This document shows, in pieces, positions 1-10,947 of a DNA stretch of 64,000 nt (positions are counted from its first letter, which is position 1; the number at the start of each line of letters is the position of its first letter). The translations under genes and the position numbers were made by a program. The notes under the pieces are model-generated. The model had not been told where the DNA came from. It saw only the letters and a program-made list of their open reading frames with translations, and did not search any database. This DNA comes from Eukaryota sp. TZLM1-RC (taxonomy: Eukaryota > Protista > Metamonada: BaSk clade): assembly GCA_040285825.1 (NCBI GenBank), contig JAUPSS010000005.1:558001-622000 (forward strand), in the 5' to 3' direction.

Positions 1-287
1 ATGGAATACTTGGTAAACGTTGCAAATTCTCGGTATCTTTCAATAAATGAACAAATGCTTCTGGACATGGTATAAATATGTCAATAAATGTTGATAATTT
101 TGAAGAACAGTCTGCATTAAATGTACCATTGAGAAAGGTACAGGTCATCATTGAATACTTTGCAAGCGTGGAAGCTCTTTCAATTCCACTATTTGATGTA
201 TTAGATGAATTTGAAAAATCTCTATACGATATTCTCAGACTACCTGTGTTGTTCACTGCATCATAAACATTCCATACAGTCATTCGT

Positions 288-2111
288 CTAAAGTAAGTTA
301 ATAATTCTGGACAACACATACATTTTGCTATCTAGAGCACTGAAATGCAGACCATCAATGATCATTGAAACAATTAAATCAACCACAACACTTGGACAAA
401 CAATAGAATCAGCTTGAAAAGTGTCAGTGGAACTTCCGTTACTGATGGTGGAAGTTATTATATCTTCTGGTGTTGACGTTAAATCATTACCACTGCTTGA
501 TTCACTACTGAAAGAATCACTACCCATTGAAAATTCTTGTTCTCCAATATCAACAAAAATCGTATGTGCAGAATAATTCTTAATTGGACAAAGAACTTTC
601 TTCCCATTTACATATAATACAACAGATGATTGGCTACTTGGATTATTACAGCATGCAGATACAGGGCCCTTGATCAGGGAAGTCACACGTTTGATGCTGA
701 ATGGTTTCCATTTGGTAATTGTATCAGAATTTTGATTGACAAGAGTATCTTCCAGCTGATCAACTCGGGACACTAGGAGGGGAATCACATCCCTTTTCAT
801 AAACTTCTTATGTTTTTGGGTTAGGGGACAATTGTCACCAAAAGGGTTAGCATCGATTTCTTCCTTTAAAACAGCCACGTATTCTTTGAGAACAGCAACA
901 AACTGAGCTTCAGAACCAGGAAGGGCTTCGGGTGACTTTATAAAGTTCTGCACGTCCTGAAGCAGTTGAGTATATCTCGTACTAGGAGAGTGATCCCCGT
1001 CAAGTTGAAGGACCCTGACACACATCATGATGAGAGAAATGACGCCATCAGTAAGAAGTAGCGTTTGTTCTGGCTGGGCGAGGTTGGTTTTGGTGTCCAC
1101 CATATCAGAACCTTGACGAGTTTCAAAGACCAAGTTTGAGATGATTGAAACAGCATTGTCTAGTTCCTCCTGGGTAAATTCTTCCAACTCGCTGCCATCA
1201 CTCTGCTCAGAGCAGGAGGTATACATCGAAGAATTGTCAGATTGAAGCCAAGGATGACGGCTGGCTTCTTCAAGTGTAATGCGTTTTTTTGGATCCGGAT
1301 GCATAAGTTGCCGTATAAGATCCTCTAGATCAACATCAACATACAAAGGAATATCAAGAGAACGATTTCCAGCAGCATATTCTTTCACTCTAGCAAAAAC
1401 TTCGTCTCTATCAGTACAGTCACCAAATGGGAAAGACCCAAATGCAAGAATAAAAAGTGTAACACCAAGAGAATATACATCATTTACAGGATTGTTTCGA
1501 AACTCATTCGGACAGTTAGGCGACAATAGACATGGTGCGACAAACATAGGTGAACCAGCTAGCATCTTGCTGTCATCTGATGTATCAGTCGATATTGAAA
1601 GATCACTAATGACAATTCTTTTACCATCAGCATCTCTAATACAAAGAATATTGCTTGGCTTGATGTCCTAAATTGAGTATTATCTTAAAAAACATACACG
1701 GTGAACGATCTTTTTTCTGTGAAGATAGCGTAAGCCTGAAATGACTTGTTGCATAACATTTTTCAGAAGTGGAATAGACAGAGGTTTAGAGTGTCCAAGC
1801 TTATCATCAGGGACAAGTGGTCCGAAGTCAGCATACTCTATTATCAGAAAGAGCTCATCTGAAGAGCTCAGAGTGATGACGTCATGAAGCTTAAGTATAT
1901 TGGGATGGTCTAACTTTCTCAGAAATGCTACTTCACGGCTCAGTGTATCAAAACAACGATGCCTAGATGATTTCCTAACAGTCTTTATCGCAACCTCCTT
2001 GTTTGTGACACAATCTATACCATATAGCACATCACCATGAGAACCACGGCCAAGGAAACCAAGAACCTCATAGCGATCGCCTATTTTGAAAAGCCTGTTG
2101 CATTCTGTCAT
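288..2111 (-). CDS. CaMKK/CAMK-like Ser/Thr protein kinase with long C-terminal tail; 2 exons (2111-1698, 1667-288)
   Basis: GRGSHG loop, VAIK and REVAFL motifs. Removing the 30-nt intron restores HR|DIKPSNIL and joins ORFs 1680..2111 and 288..1565. DVYSLGVTLF present; DFG reads DLS and APE reads APC. Confidence 0.85.
1668..1697 (-). other. 30-nt GT-AG spliceosomal intron
   Basis: GTATGTTTTTTAAGATAATACTCAATTTAG interrupts the kinase HRD motif and contains an in-frame TAA. Confidence 0.92.
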
Positions 2112-2789
2112 TCAAGGGTTCAAATGACGATAATGATGAGGGTTAAATTCTATAAGCCGTTGAATCCACATTCAATTTACATTTCCATTTCTACTTTCGT
2201 GTTGCACCTCTGTTAAACAGAGTGTGGTTACCAATTTTGGGAAAAATCTATCCATCTGCAAACAGGAGATATTTGTTTCTTCAATCAAAGACTGAAGGGA
2301 TTCTACATTATATGTGATACACTAAAAGTAACGGCATTCGGTACGATATCAGTCAGTCAAACAAGTTCAATTGCAACAGAGTTTACTGTTGATGATATGT
2401 TTTCATTTCCATCTGATTATTCCTTTGAAAGTTAATTATCCTTTTGTTGCCTTGAGTCGGTGAATTAAAACAAAGTGAATGAGATAAAGTTGATTTATTT
2501 TGCCCTTATTGTATTTAAGCCTCAAGGTGCCAACATTTTAAGGAAATATATTTGTGACAAAAATTCATTGTTTTGAAGATAGGACTTCGTCGGACTTCTA
2601 CAATTCAGGTGGAGATCCATTCCACATTGCCGACTGCAATAACGAGGTTCATGTTCTGTTAACTTCTAATCGAAGTTGCCTGTTTCCTGGAACTATTGCA
2701 TTTTAAAACTCAACAAAAGACCTTAACTTATGTTTTTACCTACTCAAAATCCGTCAATTGAATGACGGGAAATTTTCGCTATTCACTTG

Positions 2790-3195
2790 CATACCAACTC
2801 GCCTATTATAAATTTCAGTAATGTTATTCAAAATGGAGTTAATGTAACGAAGAAGGGCTTTCAATAACGAAAATACAATTTTCTTCTTCCAAATCAAAAC
2901 AACGAATGTACGATCGCTTTCTTTGAGAAGGTCTACTTACTAAAACCTCTAAAATCGAAGACTTTCAGTTCCCAGGGTACCAAAAATTGAAATCATAATT
3001 GGGACAAATTTTATATTGCTGCTTCTTGCTCCATTGAGAGGTAGAAAAAGGGCTTCGTATGTTGATTTCTTGGAAAGTTTTGCAACTTTGAGTAAATCTT
3101 GAACGTTAGAATTGGAACTCGTTCTCCAAAGAGATTCAGTGGTACAATCAATAATTAGTTCAGTTCCATCATATTATGCACATTGAATATCACCT
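2790..3195 (-). mobile_element. Decayed 3' fragment of RLE-type non-LTR retrotransposon (family D)
   Basis: Minus strand reads RGDIQCA*YDGTELIIDCT...KFVPIMISIFGTLG. Clearly similar in nucleotide sequence to 43770-44170. Confidence 0.65.
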
Positions 3196-3579
3196 CCATA
3201 TAGAATCATGAATTCCCAATTTTGTTTGTGTGATGATGTTCATTTTTGAGCAAAATTCTAGTAATCTGAGGGAAAAACAAAGAAGGACTGAATGGGGAAT
3301 TGTATACCATTTTAAGAGAAGATGTAGGTTGAGTGTACAGACCAGATAGAGATAAAGAGAATTTATAAGAATTCTGCTAAACTATCTACAACTGACATCT
3401 GCGAACCTATTTCCTGAAAACAGGTGATCAGTTTCCAGAGCCATTGATTGATTTTGGAAATCAGAGGTGAGTCAAAAGTGAATAGGAGTGAGAATCACTA
3501 TTCACCAAACTTGCAATTCACAGTACAAAATTGCAAGTGAATCTCACCTGAGGATCGCTATTTGAGTGGGTTTTCAATT

Positions 3580-4960
3580 TGAAAATGAATTAAAATCCAT
3601 TGAGAATTTAAAATTTGAAAAACATTTAAAATTCATCTTTTCTTAGGGTTTGTTATTCTGAAAAGTTTTGGCTCATATTTTGAGGTCAACATCACTTTAA
3701 TTTTTTTTAGAATTTTGTGGTATTTTTAATGAACAAAGGACCATTTTTTTAGCAAAATTTTTAGAAATTGGAGCATCTCAACTACCAAGTCACCTTGTTT
3801 TGTGGTACAGATTTTGGTGGTGTTGATTTTCATGAATCAAGCTATCTTTGTAAAGCCGCATTTGTTAGAGGTGGTAAAAATATTATCTTTGAATTTGTGA
3901 ATCGCTTTCCAGAAAAATTGATTTCATTGAACACTGTGGCAGCTCTTATCTTATCTCTTTGCAACAAGAAATTGATTCTCATTCACCAAATATCTGGTCT
4001 AAATGTTTCCCCTCTGATATTGTGGAACTTCTTTCAAGAAGCTTGCTCTCCTTACCGCTGACTTTTGCAAAAATTGCAGAAAAGAATCTTCAAAGTCTTA
4101 GAAAACTTGGAATATATTGTACGTCTTACGTTTTGATTGACCCTAAAGACAGTTGCCCAAGTTGCCTAATCCTTCAAGTATCGAACATTTATGGACTTTT
4201 ACTCAATGATCACCAATGGATTACCGCCCTGAGAATGAGATGTTTCCTATGACCTTGTTCGTTACGAATTGATTTAATTTGTCGCTGCAAGAGTGTGGTT
4301 ACGCTTTCCCATATTTTAAACTGCAAACTTTTATAACTTATCGCTCAATTGTTCATGACTGAGTTCCCAATCAATTATATGCCATGTGCAAAAGTTTCAT
4401 TATAGAGGCATTTATTGAACCGTTAGTACGTAAGCTATCTCCGGATCAAACTGACGAGTTGTTTGGTAAAAGAAGGGCAGATTTAGTAACTCCAGGGATC
4501 GAAGGTGTTCTCAACGTTGTGGATGTTGTCTCAGTAGATGTGCGCAAAATTCTGCTGCCCGTTTAGTGTATTCTGCTGATTGGCCACTATCTAACGTCGA
4601 AAAAAAGAAGATAAAAAATAAGAAGAACTATTTGGACATTTAGGTAGAGTCGAACATGTGAAATCTCAGTTTGTGCCGTTTGCAATTTCTCTTTTTGGCA
4701 ACATTGGACCTTCTGGATTACAATTTTAACAAAATTCCAAGACAGTTTTGCAAAATGGACCTCATAAAAAATTGAATTCCACTTTCTGGTTAAATAGAAT
4801 TGTTTTTGCATTTTCAAGTCTATTTCAACAACGATTTTTAAAGCTCTTTTAGCTATTGGTGTAGAATATGAACGAAATGCTGTGAGAAGGTTTAGTAATG
4901 GTGATGCTTGTTTGGAGGATATTGAATTCTAGATAGTATTTTAGTTCAATAAAAATATAG
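3580..4960 (+). mobile_element. Decayed 5'-truncated RLE-type non-LTR retrotransposon (family C)
   Basis: Frameshifted pieces FGGVDF, LRMRCFL, EPLVRK..RRADLV..VVDVV and terminal ACLEDIEF are collinear with the 51269..53299 protein. Confidence 0.8.
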
Positions 4961-4966
4961 TTAAAA

Positions 4967-5152
4967 ATGAAAATGGAAAATGGAAAAAGGGAAAAGTCTA
5001 AAGCCTATTTTACATGTCCAGAATGTCGGATGGTTTGGTCAAGAGATATCTCTGCATCGAGAAACCAGTGCGAGATTGCAGTAAGCGAGTACTTTTTGAA
5101 TACAAGACTCCTAGCTTTTAGAAGACCTCAAATCCAACGTAATTTGATCTAA
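4967..5152 (+). pseudogene. C-terminal remnant of Fanzor/TnpB-like RNA-guided nuclease (Zn ribbon + RuvC-III)
   Basis: FTCPECRMVWSRDISASRN...RLLAFRR matches the TnpB/Fanzor CxxC...(W)xRDxxAxxN motif and the Fanzor1-type RPxxFxR tail. The upstream part is absent. Confidence 0.62.
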
Positions 5153-5270
5153 GCCGATCATCTCCGGTTAAGTTTAGACATGTGGATGTGGTTGAAGTAT
5201 TGGATGATGACATTTTAGATAAAGAATGCAATTCCAGGGAAAACCACAAGCAGTAGCATTGTATTTCCTT

Positions 5271-6266
5271 ATGTACAAACTGGTTGCTCTTTTTGCCGTT
5301 GTCGCTTTCGCCTTAGCTAACGATGAACATATCGTAGCTATGGTTAACTCTAACCCTACTGCTCGCTGGGTAGCTGGTTTCAATCCCAGATTCGCAGGAA
5401 TGACCGCTGAAGAACGCCGCTCGCTTTTGGGTACTCGCATTGAGTTCCTCAATCTTCCCAAGAAGGTCGAAGTTTCTAACGATCTCCCCGAATCTTTTGA
5501 TGTCCGTCAACAATGGCCAGGTTGTCCCTCTTACGCCATCCGTGATCAAGGTCGCTGTGGTTCTTGTTGGGCTTTCGGTGCCGCTGAAGCTTTATCTGAC
5601 AGATTCTGCGCCGCCAAGGGAATGAAGGTTATTCTTTCCCCCCAATGGCTCGTCTCCTGTGACAAGTCCAACATGGCCTGTAACGGTGGATGGTTAGATA
5701 AGGTCTGGAACTTCATGGCTTCTACTGGTGTTGTTGAAGATTCATGTATGCCCTACGTCTCTGGTCAGTCTGGTCAAGTCCCCGCATGTCCTTCCTCTTG
5801 TAAGGATGGATCCGCCCTCCAAATGTACAAAGCTGCCAATGCATATGATGTCTCCTCAAATGAACAAAGCATTATGACAGAAATCCAAAAGCATGGTTCC
5901 GTAGAAGTTGGATTCTCTGTATACTCTGATTTCATGTCTTATCGCTCAGGTATCTACCACCATGTTTCCGGTTATCTCCAAGGAGGCCATGCCGTCAAAA
6001 TGATCGGCTGGGGTGTTGAAAATGGCGAGAAGTATTGGTTGGTTGCTAACTCTTGGGGTACTTCCTGGGGAGAACAAGGTCACTTCCGTATCCGTCGTGG
6101 TGTTAACGAGTGTAACATTGAATCTATGGTCACTGCTGGTGAAGTTGGTGAATCTCCTGCTGAAGCTGAATCTAACTTGGGTGCTGAACGTCGTTGTTCC
6201 ACTTCTTGTTCCTTTAACTCTCGTGGTGAATGGGAATGTAGAGTTGAATGTAGATGGGTTTGGTAG
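5271..6266 (+). CDS. Cathepsin B-like cysteine protease (papain family C1A), secreted/lysosomal
   Basis: Signal peptide MYKLVALFAVVAFALA and cathepsin B-type propeptide. Catalytic motifs QGRCGSCWAF, GGHAVK and ANSWG. No His-His occluding loop. Strong codon bias. Confidence 0.95.
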   Translation: MYKLVALFAVVAFALANDEHIVAMVNSNPTARWVAGFNPRFAGMTAEERRSLLGTRIEFLNLPKKVEVSNDLPESFDVRQQWPGCPSYAIRDQGRCGSCWAFGAAEALSDRFCAAKGMKVILSPQWLVSCDKSNMACNGGWLDKVWNFMASTGVVEDSCMPYVSGQSGQVPACPSSCKDGSALQMYKAANAYDVSSNEQSIMTEIQKHGSVEVGFSVYSDFMSYRSGIYHHVSGYLQGGHAVKMIGWGVENGEKYWLVANSWGTSWGEQGHFRIRRGVNECNIESMVTAGEVGESPAEAESNLGAERRCSTSCSFNSRGEWECRVECRWVW

Positions 6267-6819
6267 ATGATTGTATACATTGAATAAATCCTAATTTGTT
6301 GTTTTGTTCAAATAACCCAACTCCGGGTCAGCATACAACAAATATCAATTTGATTTTTACCCAGTTTCCTTTTGGTTGCAATGTTAAATGTTTAAATTTA
6401 CATTTCTTGAAAGAAGAGGAACCTCAATGAAGAACTAAGGAAAATGAAAAATGCTTAGATCAACATCAACATGTATGAAGAGAACATTGTGGATTTGACC
6501 TCATTCATCGCCCATTTATTATGAATTTGATGAGGTTATTGAATTTGCACAGTTGAGAGACAAAGTAATGCTTGCTTCAGCACAAGAATAGGTAAGAAAT
6601 TTAATTAAATTGGGAATTAAATAGTTTTTTTTAATTGTTTTAAGCCTTTCAATTAAGTTGAGGATGAATAACCCCTTCCATTAGAATTTGTTTGAAGGTG
6701 TCAATTGTTCCATAAAAACTGCAGTATTTGACTCATTCTCATTAATTTTCAACAATAAAAACGTTGAATTGAAGTAATTCATTTATTGAGCAATAAACTA
6801 CTATAAAATAAAAATAAAA

Positions 6820-8088
6820 GGGAAAACTCCAAAATCCACACGTTTTTCAAAGATAGAACAAAATCCACACTTGCAAAACAAAATCCACACACTTTCATAG
6901 ATTCACAACACAATCCACATTTCCTATGAACATTGATCTTAAACGTCTTAGGAACGATGCGATACTGTCATATCTGATCGGCAAAAAGGACTTATCAAGG
7001 CTGTTGGGGAAACGTTGCAAACCTCTGCTCATGCATTTTGTGTAAAGCATCTTGCCGATAATGCCAACGGTAAAGGTTCTAAAAAGGCCCGACTGTTCAT
7101 ATTCCGATTGGCCAAATGCGGTTCCAAAGTTGAATACGAGAAACTGTTGCGTGAAATGACGTTAGTGAGTCCAGCTGCTGCAAACTACATCCGTAATACG
7201 GCTGAACCACACCATTGGGTTGAATATCAATTTCCAGGAAACAGATGTGGTCATGTTACCAGCAACATAGTTGAATGTGTAAATGCGTGCATTGCAGAAG
7301 CTCGTCAGCTTCCAATTGTACATATGTTTGATTCGATTAGGTCAATGTTGGCGAGATGGTTTATTACGAGAAGAAAAGAAGCACGAAACTTATCATCAAC
7401 TATTGTCTGCAGAGCAAATGATATTCTGGAACAGAGACTGTTACAATCTCGAGATTTAACAGCTGTGGAATTGGACCAAGTTGAATTTGAAGTGAGATAG
7501 AACGGCACTGTATTTACTGTCAATGTGGATTCCAACGAATGCTCATGTGGAGCTTTGGAAAAAGAAGGGATTCCGTGTGTGCATTTACTCGTACTTCTTT
7601 CATCAAAAGGAAGTAGAGGTGTTGAATTGTGTTTTGAACTTCATTCAACAGAGAGATTTCTCAAAACTTACAGTGGAAGAATACTCTCAGTGGACGACAT
7701 AAAACTTCATTCGGTTGTGAAGCAGACGCTAGAAGACAAGAATCAGATATACTAACTCAACCTCCAATTCCTACACCCGAGCAGGAAGACCAGGAGTCGT
7801 TAGGAAGAGGAGAAGTAATGAACCAAGAGGACCCAACAGCCGTAGCGAGAAGTTTACTGATGCAGTTGAACCAGCGCCCAAACAACGACGCAAGTACACA
7901 TGTAAAGTATGTGGTGTCGAAGGACATAACGCAAGAGGATGTCCCAACAAAGATAAAGAATAGCTAATAAACAAGATTGTGTGGATATTGATGTTTTTGG
8001 AGTTTCTGTGTGGATTGTAAAGTCTTTTGATGAAAGTGTGTGGATTTTGCTCCATTTTGAAGAAAAATGTGGAAAAAGAATTTATCCC
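6820..8088 (+). mobile_element. Internally deleted Mutator-like (MULE) DNA transposon
   Basis: VISDRQKGL..HAFCVKHL..TSNIVECVN transposase motifs, SWIM finger CSC..GIPCVH and knuckle CKVCGVEGHNARGC. In-frame TAG at 7498. Imperfect TIRs start GGGA with AATCCACAC subrepeats. 9-bp TSD AAAATAAAA at 6811-6819 and 8089-8097. Confidence 0.85.
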
Positions 8089-8183
8089 AAAATAAAAATA
8101 AAAAAATTATAATTCACAATAAAAAAGTATAAACTTTGACAAATTCAGAAAAACATATACACAAAAAGTATGCAAAAGGTAGC

Positions 8184-9956
8184 TTAACCGTCAATCAGAT
8201 CAATCAACCTCTCAATCAAATTCTGAATTTCTGATTCACGACCACCAGTCCAATTCAATTCAAAATTTTCTTTAAAATAATTTAAATCAATATTCAAAAC
8301 ATAATACAATCTGTCTAAAGAAGAATGAACATTTGGACTACTACTGCTGTTTAAAAGCTTTTTTAAAGAATTCTCAGTTTCTTTAGCCCTGAGAATGCCC
8401 TTTTCAAGTGAAAAATAAAACTCATTTAACACAAACTCAATAGTTTTAAATTGAACCAAATGAACAAAATCGACAAAATTTGGTTTAAATTCTGACAAAG
8501 TTGTATTTAATTGTTGAAAATCAGATAAGAATTGTTTGATAAATTGACTTGGTTCATCTTTTAATTCTCTAGATTTGACCCGAACAGAGGCGAAAATAAC
8601 CTTTAAGGATGAGAGTCGGGAGATTAAGTTTGAAGAAAAAATAGATTGCAAATGATCAATTAAAGAAGTGGTTAACGTATCACTCAAATCTCTGACTAGA
8701 TCAATCAAATTTGATTGATAAAATGATTGAAGTGATGACGTGTCAAGTCTATCAAAGTCCTGTAACAATGAGAAACAAAGATTCAAATTAGACGAAATGG
8801 AATCAAATTGATTTTCTAATATAGAAAGAAGTTTCTCAGACAAAACCTTTGAAAAGTATTGTTGAAATTCAGATGAAATTGTTGAAAAAAGATTGGCAAA
8901 TTGAGTGAATTCTGGACAATATTGTACTAAGCAGAATTGTAAAATATTATTTAAATTTAATAAATGACAAAATAAACTCAGTCCAAAATTGGTATTAAAT
9001 TCATTTTTTTCATTTAAATAAATTTCAATAAAAGAATTACTGTCAAAGCTTAAACTTAAAATAAACGATAATGATTCAGATTCAAATAAAATGGCCAGAT
9101 TGTCAAAATAATTAGAAATTAATTCATTCTGAATAGGTTTCTTAAAATCATATTGCTCAATTACTTTCAGAATATTGTCAAATTCAACAAATAAAGAATT
9201 CACCGCTTGAATTGAAAACTTATTAATTAATTTGGAAAAAATATTTGAAACATGGTTATTGATAATATTTTTCAAAACCAAATTGGTTATTGTGCGTGAT
9301 TTTGATGAAATATATTTGAAAAAGTCGTTGCGAGTCAACAAAAAGGTCAAAAAAACGTGAAAATCATGTGATTTCGATTGAAGTTTCGCAAAATATTCTA
9401 CCAAAATTTCAACTAGTCTCGAAAATTCTTCTATTTCTAACCTAATCAACATTAAAAACAAACTCCTTGCCTTAATTGAATCCTCCCTAGATAAATCCAT
9501 ATTATGTCTTAAAATACCTGCCAGGCGCTCAAAAATTGAAAACGCTGACGTTACATTGTGATCTTCAGACCAGAATTGATTGTTGAAATGATTGATTACA
9601 TCAAAAGGTTTGGGTTTCTGACGTTGTAGTTCTTCCATCATTGATTCTGCTTCTTCTGTGGTCTTCGTCACACGTTGCTTCTCTTCCAGCACAACGTCAT
9701 GACACATGGAGAGAGAGGACTGGGTAGAGTCAACTGTTGGGTAGAGAGATGAGACTTGTTCTAAAACGCGAATGAGAAGAGGGTAATCATCGTTGAGGAG
9801 TTGACCAGTACGGTTGCGGAGGTTTGAAGTAAGATTGAGGAGTGTGTCTCGTGTGGATTGGTAAGAGGAAGGGTCAACGGATTGGACAAAGGACTGTATT
9901 TGTTGAGGGTCCCTGAGAGCTCCAGAGTAAACCAAGTCTTTGATTGAGGTTGTCAT
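8184..9956 (-). CDS. COG2: Conserved oligomeric Golgi complex subunit 2-like
   Basis: N-terminal LRNRTGQLLNDDY resembles COG2 LINxDY. C-terminal EPSQFI..ETENSLKKL..SLDRLYYVLNIDLNYF resembles the COG2 C-domain. Confidence 0.65.
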   Translation of the reverse strand: MTTSIKDLVYSGALRDPQQIQSFVQSVDPSSYQSTRDTLLNLTSNLRNRTGQLLNDDYPLLIRVLEQVSSLYPTVDSTQSSLSMCHDVVLEEKQRVTKTTEEAESMMEELQRQKPKPFDVINHFNNQFWSEDHNVTSAFSIFERLAGILRHNMDLSREDSIKARSLFLMLIRLEIEEFSRLVEILVEYFAKLQSKSHDFHVFLTFLLTRNDFFKYISSKSRTITNLVLKNIINNHVSNIFSKLINKFSIQAVNSLFVEFDNILKVIEQYDFKKPIQNELISNYFDNLAILFESESLSFILSLSFDSNSFIEIYLNEKNEFNTNFGLSLFCHLLNLNNILQFCLVQYCPEFTQFANLFSTISSEFQQYFSKVLSEKLLSILENQFDSISSNLNLCFSLLQDFDRLDTSSLQSFYQSNLIDLVRDLSDTLTTSLIDHLQSIFSSNLISRLSSLKVIFASVRVKSRELKDEPSQFIKQFLSDFQQLNTTLSEFKPNFVDFVHLVQFKTIEFVLNEFYFSLEKGILRAKETENSLKKLLNSSSSPNVHSSLDRLYYVLNIDLNYFKENFELNWTGGRESEIQNLIERLIDLIDG

Positions 9957-10457
9957 TATTATAGATAATAGTAAGCCTTATAAGGGAGTCTTGTATAAGG
10001 CGTTTTTTTCAAAAGTTTTATTCAAATTGTATATAAGGAATAATAATAATATATTTTTGAATACTCTTCTTTACGGCAGAAAAATGTCAAATAGTTGTAA
10101 TGGAAAAATGTTTGTGATATTGTCTGTTATAGTGGTTTTCATTTGAATCACATACTTTCTTTAAGTATCATTCAAACTTATTTTAAGAATTTATTCCAAG
10201 AACCATTAAAGAAGAACCACATAGTTTTCCTTGAATTTAATTTATTCCACCGAAAATCTAAACAACACAAGTTAAAATTCTGAATCTTCATATCCCCAAT
10301 CAGCCAAAAAGCATAAACTGGAAGTTTTTCCTTCATAGAAAAGACCAAGTGATTTATTTATTTTGTTAAGTGTGCAACTTTATTTTTTCTTCTTTAAGAG
10401 TTTTTAATTTTTTTGCTTTTTTTAAAAAAAACTTATTTTATTCAAACGAAATTGTTA

Positions 10458-10929
10458 GAATTGAAAATATGCAGCTATTGTTGACTTTGTCTCATGTAAT
10501 GTTGCAAATGATACTTTGGTTCACAGAAGAAAACTTAATCCTGTGGCTGCTCTGGATTTTAAAGCAAAAGAAAAACATAGAAAACATGATAAAGAAATTG
10601 AAGATGCAAATGTCGATAGAAATACACAGCTGGTTTTTATCGCTTTCCCATTGTCGATAAATGGAAGATTATCAGTTGAAGCAGAAACTTTTTTGGATGA
10701 CTTCCAAAAAATGGTGCAAGAAAAAACAATGAAAAGATTTGATATTTTTTTATGGCGTTCACATATTCAATTTGCCATCATTAATAGATTACCACGGTTT
10801 TTCAATCGAATAAGAGAAGCTTTAGCTAGACAGCAAGCAGATCAAGATTTTGTAAAAGAAATCTTGGTTCAATGATAGTTGTCCCATTAGTTATGAGTTA
10901 ATTTAATAAAGTGTGCAAATTCAATAAAT
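10458..10929 (+). mobile_element. 5'-truncated RLE-type non-LTR retrotransposon (family A) with 14-bp TSD
   Basis: Encodes ...KAKEKHRK..DQDFVKEILVQ, near-identical to the C-terminus of 45522..46484. Flanked by AAACGAAATTGTTA at 10444-10457 and 10930-10943. Confidence 0.9.
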
Positions 10930-10947
10930 AAACGAAATTGTTATAAA

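Noticed and set aside
1-266. ORF 78..266 at the window start
   Set aside because: Short, without motifs, and lacking upstream context.
3460-3575. Possible DNA-transposon end (CAGAGGTG with GTGA/TCAC motifs)
   Set aside because: No partner end, TSD or transposase seen.
7498-7500. In-frame stops in otherwise open frames (7498 TAG, ~51182 TGA, 3174/44149 TAA) suggesting stop-codon reassignment
   Set aside because: They occur only in transposon relics. Conserved host genes end at TAA, TAG and TGA and have no internal stops after splicing.
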